A stretch of 64,000 bases of DNA from a plasmid. The notes under the pieces are model-generated. The model was not told the DNA's origin. It saw only the letters and a program-made list of their open reading frames with translations, and searched no databases. Below are positions 8,882 through 17,799 of this stretch, piece by piece. Position numbers and translations under genes: made by a program. The stretch is from sequence record NZ_CP049260.1. One strand, written 5' to 3'. Each line of letters starts with the position of its first letter. The stretch's first letter is position 1.

Positions 8882-9918
8882 GAGAATCTCCTTGAGCGAT
8901 ACAGGATCATCGCAAAGAACGGTACGCCAACCAGCGCAGTCACCACGCCCACCGGCAGGCTCTGCGGCGCTATCAGCGTGCGCGAGGCGATATCCGCGAG
9001 CACCATCAGAATAGCGCCCATCATCGCGCAGGCGATCAGCAACCGGCGATGCAGCGGGCCGAAGAAATAGCGCATCACGTGCGGCACCACCAGCCCGACA
9101 AAGCCAATCGAGCCCGCCATACTGACGATAGCCGCCGTCATCAGCGCCGTTACCGCGAAGAGGATCAGGCGCACGTAACCGACCGGAATGCCGAGTGAGG
9201 CCGCCGCGTCATCGCCAAAGGTAAAGGCGTCCAGCGCTTTGGCGTGCCACAGGCAGACCGCCAGCCCAATGACGACCACCGCCAGCACCAGCTGAAATTC
9301 CGGCCAGCGCACGCCGCTGAAGCTGCCGAGCAGCCAGAACATCACGTCGCGCGCCTGCTGGGCGCTGGCGGCGGTGCTGATGGTATAGGCGGTGATGGCG
9401 TTGAAAAGCTGAGAAGCGGCGACCCCTGCGAGGATCGTACGCTCATTACCGCCGCGCGCGCCGTTGGTCAGCAGTGCGACGAACGCGAACGCGGCGAACG
9501 CCCCGGTAAACGCGCCCACAGAGAGCGACACCGCCCCGCTGCCGATGCCGAGCACCACGATCGACACCGCGCCGGTCGACGCCCCGGCGGAGACGCCGAG
9601 CACGTAAGGTTCCGCCAGCGCGTTTTTCAGCAGACTTTGCAGCACCGCGCCGCAGATGGCGAGGCCCGCGCCGCTGCATGCGGCCACCAGCGCCCGGCTG
9701 AGACGAAAATCCCAGATAACCGTCTCATGGATGCGGTTAAGCGGAACGGCGGTCAGCCCGAGTTTGTTAGTCACCGCCGCAAAGGTGGTTTGCAGCGGAA
9801 TGGAGAGTTCGCCGATGCCCACGCTCAGCGCGATCACCAACGCGAGCACGGCGACAGAAAGCGCCAGCAGGATGAACGACGGCAGACGCCGGGTGACGGT
9901 TAAAGAGACGTCCGCCAT
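8878..9918 (-). CDS. eitB: Iron-chelate ABC transporter permease (FecCD family; EitB-like)
   Basis: A 346-aa polytopic membrane protein with a typical FecCD/BtuC-family profile. It is operonic with the binding-protein and ATPase genes. Confidence 0.8.
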   Translation of the reverse strand: MADVSLTVTRRLPSFILLALSVAVLALVIALSVGIGELSIPLQTTFAAVTNKLGLTAVPLNRIHETVIWDFRLSRALVAACSGAGLAICGAVLQSLLKNALAEPYVLGVSAGASTGAVSIVVLGIGSGAVSLSVGAFTGAFAAFAFVALLTNGARGGNERTILAGVAASQLFNAITAYTISTAASAQQARDVMFWLLGSFSGVRWPEFQLVLAVVVIGLAVCLWHAKALDAFTFGDDAAASLGIPVGYVRLILFAVTALMTAAIVSMAGSIGFVGLVVPHVMRYFFGPLHRRLLIACAMMGAILMVLADIASRTLIAPQSLPVGVVTALVGVPFFAMILYRSRRFS

Positions 9919-10934
9919 CAGTTCAGCCCGAGCTTCTCAAGCTGCGCCGCCACCTGCTCCGCGCCGTAGAGCGTGCGGATGGTCGGGTTCATCGCCTGGC
10001 CATCCATCACCACGATATGGCCCTTTTTCACGGCGTCGAGCTGGCTGACCGCCGGATCGCTTTTCAGGAACTGGATTTTGGCGTCGGCGTTATCCAGCGC
10101 CCAGCGGTTGCGGTCGAGGCTTGAAACGACGATCACATCCGGGTTGGTGGCGATAATGCTCTCCCAGCTCAGCGTTGGCCACTCACTTTCAGACGTGACG
10201 GCATTGTGGCCGCCGAGCAGATGCGCGATGTAACCCGAAGCGCCGTTTTTGCCGCCGACGTAGGCGTCAGAGGAAGGCGACGCGCTGGAGAACCAGAAGA
10301 GATACGACAGGTTTTTATGGTTTTTGCCGAATTTTTCTTTCAGGGCCGCTTCGCGCGCTTTGAAATCTTTGGTGAGCGCCTCGCCGCGCGCCTCGACGTT
10401 GAAAATCTTCGCTAAATCGTCGATTTCTTTATAGAGGTACGTCATATCCCACAGCTGGCTGCGGCTGCCGTAGATATCGCCGGTGTTTTTCTTCGTGACG
10501 CAAACGCCAGGCGACAGATAGCTGTTGATACCCACCGCCGCGAAATCTTCACGCTTCGCCACTTTACTGTCCGGGCCTAACAGCAACGGGATCTGCGCGG
10601 CGACAAAATCCGGGTTTTGCGCGAGGATTGACTCAAGCGTCGGGATCTCAACCGTCAGCAGTTTGACCTTTTCATTTTGCTTCGCGAGCTGCGGCAATAC
10701 TTTTGTCGGCCAGAAGGCGCTGGCGGCCATTTTGTCTTCAAGGCCCAGCAGCAGCATGATTTCGGCGGTGTTCTGCCCGAGCGCCACCATGCGCTCCGGC
10801 GCTTTGGTGAAGGTGACTTTCATGCCGCAGTTATCAAGGGTCAGCGGGTATTGTGTGGCAAGAACAGGTACCGAAGCGGCGCAGAGCAGGCAGAGCGCCA
10901 GCGCGTGTTTTACTAAAGCATTCATCAACATCAA
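9918..10934 (-). CDS. eitA: Periplasmic iron-siderophore/chelate-binding protein (TroA/FecB-like; EitA-like)
   Basis: A 338-aa protein with a signal peptide and a class-III periplasmic-binding-protein architecture. It is the first gene of the binding-protein/permease/ATPase operon. Confidence 0.75.
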   Translation of the reverse strand: MMLMNALVKHALALCLLCAASVPVLATQYPLTLDNCGMKVTFTKAPERMVALGQNTAEIMLLLGLEDKMAASAFWPTKVLPQLAKQNEKVKLLTVEIPTLESILAQNPDFVAAQIPLLLGPDSKVAKREDFAAVGINSYLSPGVCVTKKNTGDIYGSRSQLWDMTYLYKEIDDLAKIFNVEARGEALTKDFKAREAALKEKFGKNHKNLSYLFWFSSASPSSDAYVGGKNGASGYIAHLLGGHNAVTSESEWPTLSWESIIATNPDVIVVSSLDRNRWALDNADAKIQFLKSDPAVSQLDAVKKGHIVVMDGQAMNPTIRTLYGAEQVAAQLEKLGLN

Positions 10935-11164
10935 CCTTAACGTGTTTTATCGCCGCGTGCCGCACGGGAATGGTTACGGGCCGGACAAATTAGAATTTGT
11001 ATTATGCAAATGAAAACCATTCTTAAGAGGAGGTCTTATACCGGGGCGCCTGCGGGAAGTCAATATCGTCTCGGTGACGGTTTTCGTCAGGCGAAAGTTG
11101 CCAGAGACGGCGCAAATATGTTTTAAGAGAGCCCTCACTTTTTCTGAACAGTTATGCGGTCTTC

Positions 11165-12400
11165 ATGTCCACTCATGCACCCCATGCCGCGAGGCATACT
11201 TCTCCTTATCTGCTCTCCGCCAGCCAGCTGGTGTTTAACATCGGTTTTTACGCGGTGGTGCCTTTCCTGGCGATTTATCTGCGCGATGACATGCTGCTCT
11301 CCGGTGGGCTTATCGGCACTATCATCGGGCTGCGCACGTTTTCACAACAGGGCATGTTTCTGCTGGGCGGCGCGCTTTCCGACCGCTACGGCGCGCGCGC
11401 CATTATCCTGTGCGGCTGCGTGGTGCGAATTACGGGTTATCTGCTGCTGGCGCTGGGCGGCTCGCTGTGGGCGGTGGTACTCGGCGCGTGTCTGACGGGC
11501 GTTGGCGGCGCGCTGTTCTCTCCGTCGATTGAATCGCTGCTGGCGCAGGCCGGCACGCGCAGCGAAGCGGAAGGCAAACGCAGCCGCGCCGAGTGGTTTG
11601 CGCTTTTTGCCGTCTGTGGCGAACTGGGCGCGGTGCTCGGCCCGGTACTTGGCTCGCTGATGGCCGGGTTTGGTTTTAAAACGATGGCGCTCGCGGGTGC
11701 GGGCGTATTTATTGTCGCGCTGGTGGCGCTGTTTATACTGCTGCCGCGCACGCCGCATCGCGACGGGCCGCTGCAGATTGTTCCCTGGTGGCAGACCTTT
11801 CATCAGCCGCGCTTTGTGGCGTTTATCCTCGCCTACAGCGCGTATCTTTACAGCTATAACCAGCTTTATCTGGCGTTGCCGGTGGAGCTGCGCCGCTCCG
11901 GCAGCAGCGATGCCGCGCTCGGGCCGCTCTTTATTCTCGCCTCGTTGTTGATTATCACGTTGCAACTGCCGCTCGCGCGGATCTCGCGCCGTTTCGGGGC
12001 GGCGCGTATGTTACCGCTCGGTTTCGGGCTGCTGGCGGCCTCGTTTGTCAGCGTGGCGCTGTTTGCCCCGCTCCCGCCTTTTGCGGGCTGGCTGAGGCTG
12101 TTGCCTGCAGCATGCATGGTGACGCTCCTGACGCTGGGTCAGATGATTATCGTTCCGGTGGGGATGGATCTGGTTCCGCGTTTCGCGGCGGGCCGTAATC
12201 TCGGCGCGCACTACGGCGCGCTGGCCTCGATGGGCGGCGTGGCGGTGCTGACCGGCAATTTTCTGCTGGGCGACGCGCTGGATAACGCGCTGACGCCTGG
12301 CCCGCAGGCAGCGGTGCCGTGGCTGCTGCTGGCAGTCTTTCCGTTGTGCAGCGCGCTGGCGATGGCCGTGCTGTGTCGCTTCTACGCCCCGAAGGGCTAA
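11165..12400 (+). CDS. eitD: MFS transporter divergent from the ABC operon (EitD-like putative siderophore/metabolite exporter)
   Basis: A 411-aa protein with 12 predicted TM helices and MFS motifs (GxLSDRYGxR). A short GTGACA-tt-GTCAC-GTTTT terminator hairpin follows at about 12433-12449. Confidence 0.75.
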   Translation: MSTHAPHAARHTSPYLLSASQLVFNIGFYAVVPFLAIYLRDDMLLSGGLIGTIIGLRTFSQQGMFLLGGALSDRYGARAIILCGCVVRITGYLLLALGGSLWAVVLGACLTGVGGALFSPSIESLLAQAGTRSEAEGKRSRAEWFALFAVCGELGAVLGPVLGSLMAGFGFKTMALAGAGVFIVALVALFILLPRTPHRDGPLQIVPWWQTFHQPRFVAFILAYSAYLYSYNQLYLALPVELRRSGSSDAALGPLFILASLLIITLQLPLARISRRFGAARMLPLGFGLLAASFVSVALFAPLPPFAGWLRLLPAACMVTLLTLGQMIIVPVGMDLVPRFAAGRNLGAHYGALASMGGVAVLTGNFLLGDALDNALTPGPQAAVPWLLLAVFPLCSALAMAVLCRFYAPKG

Positions 12401-13136
12401 AGCGCAGTCGAGAGAAGGAAAATTACCCGCTGAGTGACATTGTCACGTTTTAAGCGGTTCCGTGGGCTGTTAACCCGCTATGGCGGCGGGGAAACCACAC
12501 AACGGCTGGCTTCTTTAAATGCTATGTGTGCACTACGGTTACGCGTTAGCGGAACAGGTCAAACGGTAACTGATCTTTAACAAAATTAATCTATCGCTGC
12601 ACACGCCAGTGTGCAGCGTCGGCTGCCTGAAGAGAACGTTCAGGCGCAAATTATCAGGCCAGTTATCATCCGCAGGGCGCGCCGGGATCCCAGGACGTGA
12701 CTGTTGGGAGTGACGGATCGCAGCGCATAAACACACACATGCCAGGCGTTGATGTCTGCCGTCTCTCTTTACTTTTTATGAATGGTTAAAAACAGCAGAA
12801 TAATATTAGAAACGCTTAAGAATTTTCTTGGTTTCTGAAACCGGTCTCATCTTTCAATCCACATATGGCTTTATTTTTGTGTTTTTAATCAGGCTTACCT
12901 TTACTGATACTTTCCTAACAATATCTCCATACTTTTTTAAATAGATGGCACGATATAACCTTTTCAATAAGTTCTAAAACTGTGTTTTAAATAAAAGGAA
13001 TAATGGGTGAGGTAATAAAAGCCGTACGCTATTTCACCACGGTGATTAAAGAAGATACAGATAAGTGGATGAAAAAAGGAGATTTAATGGAAGAGCGGAA
13101 GCGTCATCAGCCCTGATAACGCTTCCGGGAGAGTGT

Positions 13137-13250
13137 TTAACGGCGCTTGCCGCCGCGTGAAGGCAGCGTACGCGATTTCACCAGAACAGTATGCTTATAA
13201 AAAGCATAGCCGATGATGACAACCAAAAAGACAATCAATGCTATGGTCAT
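13137..13250 (-). CDS. Candidate 37-aa small membrane protein with one TM helix and a basic tail
   Basis: A strong AGGAAGG ribosome-binding site lies 8 nt upstream of an ATG. The protein is MTIALIVFLVVIIGYAFYKHTVLVKSRTLPSRGGKRR. It sits in an AT-rich non-coding stretch, convergent with another 37-aa ORF (13003..13116, +) across a hairpin. Confidence 0.3.
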   Translation of the reverse strand: MTIALIVFLVVIIGYAFYKHTVLVKSRTLPSRGGKRR

Positions 13251-13692
13251 TTTGACGATAACCTTCCTGATGGTGCGACTATTTTAATAATGACGGTATA
13301 TCATACATGAATCTATATTACAGATGCATCTTTATTATTTTCAGGGCTGTTTAGTCTGCGTTTAATAATATTCTGTGCCGCAATCCATTATCAATAGCAC
13401 GTTAAACCGGCGCAGGTTTTATCCCGAGGTTATTTGTTATGCACGTCCATGTTGGTGAAAAAAACGCCCGCTGATTTACGCTACCATAACCCCTGTATTC
13501 GGTTGTCATAGCAAAAACGGATGATCCGCTGTTTCCGCCCTTTCTGTTCTCCTCCACGATACCGCCTCTGTAGATTGCTACTTATTAAAATGTACCTTTG
13601 AAAAAGTAGCTTTACCGAAAAGCACGCTTAAGGGGATAATCCTGCTACTTTTTACGAGGCGCAACATCGCGGCTGCGTGCGTTTACGAGGGG

Positions 13693-14670
13693 ATGATGAC
13701 GGAACTGCCTGACGACAATCTGCTGCCCGGCCCTTTTTCAGGTCTCGATCCCCATGCGGTGTCGGTGGGTGACGAGGCGCGGCCTCTCAACCCGGCGATG
13801 GCCTATCTTTTAAGCCTGCCTTCCGCCGCGAGCCGCCAGACCATGCGATCCTTCCTGCATATCGTCGCAGGCATGCTCGGTGCTCGCGCGTTGCAGCACT
13901 GCCCCTGGGGCAGCCTGCGTCGTCATCATGTGCAAGGACTGCTGGAGATGCTGTCGGCTTCCGGGCGCGCACCTGCCACCATCAATACCTATCTGTCTGC
14001 CCTGAAAGGTACCGCGCGCGAGGCGTGGATGATGAAGCTGATGGACACCGACAGCTATCAGAAAATCCTTGCCGTGCGGGCGGTACGCGGCAGTCGTCTT
14101 ACCCGCGGGCGTGCCTTGACTCCGGAAGAAGTGCGCGCGCTGTTTTCGCTCTGCGAGCAGGACAAAAGCTGTAAAGGCCCGCGCGATGCGGCGATGCTGG
14201 CGGTGATGCTGGGCTGCGGACTGCGCCGTTCGGAAGTGGTCGGGCTGGATTATGCGAGCATTCTTGAGCAGGACCAGGCGCTGCGCGTGCTCGGCAAAGG
14301 AAACAAAGAGCGGCTGGCATTTATGCCGGACACCGTCTGGCAGCGGCTCCGGCACTGGACTGACAGCGTACGCGGCGAACACCCCGGCCCGCTCTTTACC
14401 CGCATCCGCGCGGGTGACGATGTCACGTCTGAGCGCCTGACCCCACAGGCGGTGTACCATATTCTGAACGAACGCCGTCTGCAGTGCGGCATCGATAACT
14501 GTGCACCGCACGATCTTCGCCGCACGTTCGCTTCCATGATGCTCGATAATGGCGAAGATCTGATAACGGTACGCGACGCAATGGGCCATGCCAGCGTCAC
14601 GACAACACAAAAATATGACCGCCGTGGCGATGCCCGCCTGCGCCGCGCGGCAGGCAAAATTAAGCTTTAA
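13693..14670 (+). CDS. Tyrosine site-specific recombinase (XerC/XerD-like phage-integrase family)
   Basis: A 325-aa protein with the C-terminal catalytic signature ...HDLRRTFAS...GH.SV.TTQ.YDRR (R..H..R..Y). Its size is typical of Xer-type rather than P4-type integrases. Confidence 0.85.
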   Translation: MMTELPDDNLLPGPFSGLDPHAVSVGDEARPLNPAMAYLLSLPSAASRQTMRSFLHIVAGMLGARALQHCPWGSLRRHHVQGLLEMLSASGRAPATINTYLSALKGTAREAWMMKLMDTDSYQKILAVRAVRGSRLTRGRALTPEEVRALFSLCEQDKSCKGPRDAAMLAVMLGCGLRRSEVVGLDYASILEQDQALRVLGKGNKERLAFMPDTVWQRLRHWTDSVRGEHPGPLFTRIRAGDDVTSERLTPQAVYHILNERRLQCGIDNCAPHDLRRTFASMMLDNGEDLITVRDAMGHASVTTTQKYDRRGDARLRRAAGKIKL

Positions 14671-14764
14671 AAAAGCGGTTAACGGCCCATTGCGTGGCCC
14701 GGCAAAATGTTACGCTCACCATCATCGTTCAACCCTTTCTCAACTTCCAAAACCAGGGACAGGC

Positions 14765-15988
14765 ATGGTTTCAACACTGACATGGATTGACCACGACAGC
14801 CGCGCGCGTGAACGCACACTTCGCATCCTCGCACAGTTCCAGGAAAAAGAGAGCCGGGATGAACTCGGCATCGGCACGGTGCGTGATAGCCTCGCGGACT
14901 TACTTTTTCCCGGCACCAGCACCATCCAGACACGGCTGCGTTATATGCTCTTCGTTCCCTGGATTTACCGGGCGCTGGAAGACAAAAAAGTGACTGCCGC
15001 GCAGTTTGCCGGCGCTGCGGATAAGCACGAAAGAGAACTGGTCAGACGGCTCCAGACGGCCGATGACCATCACGGGATGTTCGGTAAAAATGCCGGTGGA
15101 GATATTAAACGTCTGCCCAGCTCCGTTTACTGGGCTGGTCTTGGTGCCTGGCACATTCGGCTTACACCTTTTTCTCAGGGCCAGTATCACCAGCGGATCG
15201 ATGAGACCTATCGCCAGAAGCACCGCATTGCACGCCAGCAGCGTCACGCCCGCGATCGCGCGGATGATCCCGATACCGAACCCGACAACGTGCATAACTG
15301 GCATCCGCGGTTACCGGCGACGCCTGCTGACTTTCCTGAAAAGGTGACGTTCCTGCTCACTCGCGATGAGGCTGAGTTCATCCGCGACCGTCTCCAGGCG
15401 GCATGTCCGCACAGCCTGCTGGCCTTTCTGGCCTTACAGGACGATAAGCCGACAGGCGCGTATCCCTGGGAGTATGCCAATAGCGGTCGCTTTTCCGCGA
15501 CACATCAGACGATCCTTCACCATGCACGCCTTTTCTCGGAAGTCATGCATGGCGCGGCGCTCTCCTATAACTACCAGCTTGCCGAAAAGATCGAGCATGA
15601 AGGGCTGCGTGAGCTTCATGAAGAGAATTTTCAGGAATGGCGCAATGCTCTGCCGCTTGCGGAGATTGCACGCTGGAACATAAACGAGTTGTGGGCGCTT
15701 ACTCACCGGGAAGGCCATCAGATAGCTCCGCAGACACGCCATTTTATCGAATCCTGGGTGCGGTATCTTCGCACGACGCCAGACGCGCTTCTGATGGGCG
15801 ATGCCAGCGCGCTGATTCAGTATCGTGAAAAAAAATTAAAAGGACCGCGCTCGCGGTTCACTAACAAGCGCGCGCAGGAGCAATGGCGCGGTCACTCGGG
15901 TACGAGACGGATCAATTATCGCTGGAATACTGTTAAAACGTTGCTCGCTGATTTGCACCAGGGGCTGTGTCAGGAGGCGGTATGCTAA
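14765..15988 (+). CDS. Unknown-function protein (about 408 aa), first gene of the integrase-linked three-gene module
   Basis: An ATG at 14765 follows the integrase stop by 95 nt. Its stop overlaps the next gene's start (ATGCTAA). Conserved-looking N-terminal block: ILAQFQEKESRDELGIGTVRDSLADLLFPGTSTIQTRLRYMLFVPWIY. I cannot assign a family. Confidence 0.55.
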   Translation: MVSTLTWIDHDSRARERTLRILAQFQEKESRDELGIGTVRDSLADLLFPGTSTIQTRLRYMLFVPWIYRALEDKKVTAAQFAGAADKHERELVRRLQTADDHHGMFGKNAGGDIKRLPSSVYWAGLGAWHIRLTPFSQGQYHQRIDETYRQKHRIARQQRHARDRADDPDTEPDNVHNWHPRLPATPADFPEKVTFLLTRDEAEFIRDRLQAACPHSLLAFLALQDDKPTGAYPWEYANSGRFSATHQTILHHARLFSEVMHGAALSYNYQLAEKIEHEGLRELHEENFQEWRNALPLAEIARWNINELWALTHREGHQIAPQTRHFIESWVRYLRTTPDALLMGDASALIQYREKKLKGPRSRFTNKRAQEQWRGHSGTRRINYRWNTVKTLLADLHQGLCQEAVC

Positions 15989-17799
15989 GCCCGGATGCAA
16001 GAAGCCTCTATACCGCCGCGCTGACGCCACCGCCGGGTATGCGTTTTGATGAGGCGCTGGCCACGACATTTTCACTGGATCCTACCTGTCTGCTCGAAGC
16101 GCCGGTGCATCTTGCACTGATGTCCATGGAAAACCAGGCAGAACAGGACGGCCTGGCCATGCTTGAATCCCTGCGTCGTTATGCCGGACGCATGACGGTC
16201 TATGTTCAGCGCGGACGCATTCAGTTGCCTGCCATAGTGCGACCCAATCCGTTATTTAGTCTGCTTGAGCCGATGATTGTCGAAGTGAGCGCGCCCAACG
16301 GCGGTGTGTTTCACCCGAAAATCTGGGTGTTGCGTTTTGTCGCTCCCGGTCAGGACACGGTGATGTACCGCCTGTTGGTGCTAACCCGCAATATAACGAC
16401 CGATCGCTCGTGGGATCTTTCGCTGCAGCTTGAAGGCGTCATGGGGCGCAAAAAAAGGCCGGTGAATAAGCCGCTGGATTATCTGCTGCGCCTGCTGCCG
16501 GGTCTCGCGAGCAGAGGCATTGCAGATGAGAAAACGATGCAGGCGCAGCGAATTGCTGATGAGCTTTATCGCGTTGAATGGGAGTTACCGGCAGGTTTTC
16601 AGGAGATGGCGTTTTATCTGCCGGGTATTAAGGCATTTAACTGGATCCCGCCTGCCTCACTGCGCATGGCTGTCATTTCACCGTTTTGTTCCGATGAGGC
16701 GCTGAACGCGCTGGTACAAACGACACAGCGTGCCGAGGCGTTGATTTCCCGCCCGGAGGCGCTGGCAGCGTTAAAACCCGCCACGCGGGAGGCGTTCACG
16801 CAGTGCTCTCATTTAGACGATGCTGCGGAAACCGACGATGGTGAAGACACAGACGTTGTCGATATGGCGGCATCGCTCGCGACGGGCCTGCACGCCAAAG
16901 CGTATCTTTTTGAAACCCAATATTATTCTTTATATACGCACCTCGTAATGGGCTCTGCCAACGCGACTGATGCCGCGCTAAAAGCTGCCAGAAATATTGA
17001 GTTGCTGGTCGAGCTAAAGGGGCGCCAGCGCGATATCGGCGGCATCGATACGTTGCTGGGCAAAGAGGGGATGGGCGAATATCTGGTGGATTTTCAGGCA
17101 GATGAGTTACCGCCGGTGGATGCAAACGCCCAGGCTGCCGCGCAGGCGCTGGAACACGCCAGAGCACAACTGGCCGCGTTGCCGCTGTCGCTTATCTGCG
17201 ATCCGGTGGACGATGAGCAGTGGCGGCTCACGCTGGAGGGCGTTTTGCCGAAGTTTAAAGGTGTTGCGACGCTCAAGGCGTGGCCGGTCACGCTCATTGG
17301 CGAACACGCGGTTTTATTGCCGACAGAAGGCGCTGACGGCCCTTTCCCCCTCGGGCAGTTTTCGCTGCGGGCTGTCACCGGGCTGACGGCGTTTGAGCTC
17401 TCTACCCGCGAGCCCGCGTTGTGCGTCCGGTTTGTGCTTAATCTGCCCGTGACGGGCATGCCTTCAGAGCGCAACGCGGCTATTCTGCAAAGCGTTATCA
17501 GCAACCCTGACGGCTTTCTGCGTTATCTGCTGTTATTGCTGGATCAGGATGACCCCGCACTGCCGCTACAGGAAAAGTACAGAGTCGCTGCCGGGTGGCT
17601 GGCCCGTCTTGCCGATGGTGAGGATTTTCCTCTGCTGGAAATGCTGACACGCGCCGCCAGCCGTACGCCAGAACGTTTAAAAGAAATCGCGTCGCTTATC
17701 GGTGAGCTGCGCCAGGGAAACCGGAACGCGGTGATCCCGGAGGATTTTCTGGCGCTCTGGACGGTATTTGAAGCCGCCATGGAGGACGCGAATGTCTGA
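15982..17799 (+). CDS. Phospholipase-D superfamily (two HKD-motif) putative nuclease with a roughly 280-aa C-terminal extension
   Basis: Two HxK motifs are present: 'FHPKIWVLRF...TRNIT' and the canonical 'LHAKAYLFE...VMGSANATD' (HxK...GSxN). An AGGAGG ribosome-binding site is present. The start overlaps the upstream stop and the stop overlaps the downstream start (ATGTCTGA). Confidence 0.7.
   Translation: MLSPDARSLYTAALTPPPGMRFDEALATTFSLDPTCLLEAPVHLALMSMENQAEQDGLAMLESLRRYAGRMTVYVQRGRIQLPAIVRPNPLFSLLEPMIVEVSAPNGGVFHPKIWVLRFVAPGQDTVMYRLLVLTRNITTDRSWDLSLQLEGVMGRKKRPVNKPLDYLLRLLPGLASRGIADEKTMQAQRIADELYRVEWELPAGFQEMAFYLPGIKAFNWIPPASLRMAVISPFCSDEALNALVQTTQRAEALISRPEALAALKPATREAFTQCSHLDDAAETDDGEDTDVVDMAASLATGLHAKAYLFETQYYSLYTHLVMGSANATDAALKAARNIELLVELKGRQRDIGGIDTLLGKEGMGEYLVDFQADELPPVDANAQAAAQALEHARAQLAALPLSLICDPVDDEQWRLTLEGVLPKFKGVATLKAWPVTLIGEHAVLLPTEGADGPFPLGQFSLRAVTGLTAFELSTREPALCVRFVLNLPVTGMPSERNAAILQSVISNPDGFLRYLLLLLDQDDPALPLQEKYRVAAGWLARLADGEDFPLLEMLTRAASRTPERLKEIASLIGELRQGNRNAVIPEDFLALWTVFEAAMEDANV

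Noticed and set aside
9244-9903. A 219-aa ORF on the plus strand opposite the eitB permease gene, with similar antisense ORFs at 8382..9014 and 9656..10048
   Set aside because: The protein is Arg/His-rich and low-complexity, with no ribosome-binding site. It is a typical shadow ORF in the GC-rich antisense frame of a real gene.
12541-12736. A 65-aa minus-strand ORF downstream of eitD
   Set aside because: It has no ribosome-binding site, an odd composition, and lies within an intergenic AT-to-GC transition. It is unlikely to be coding.
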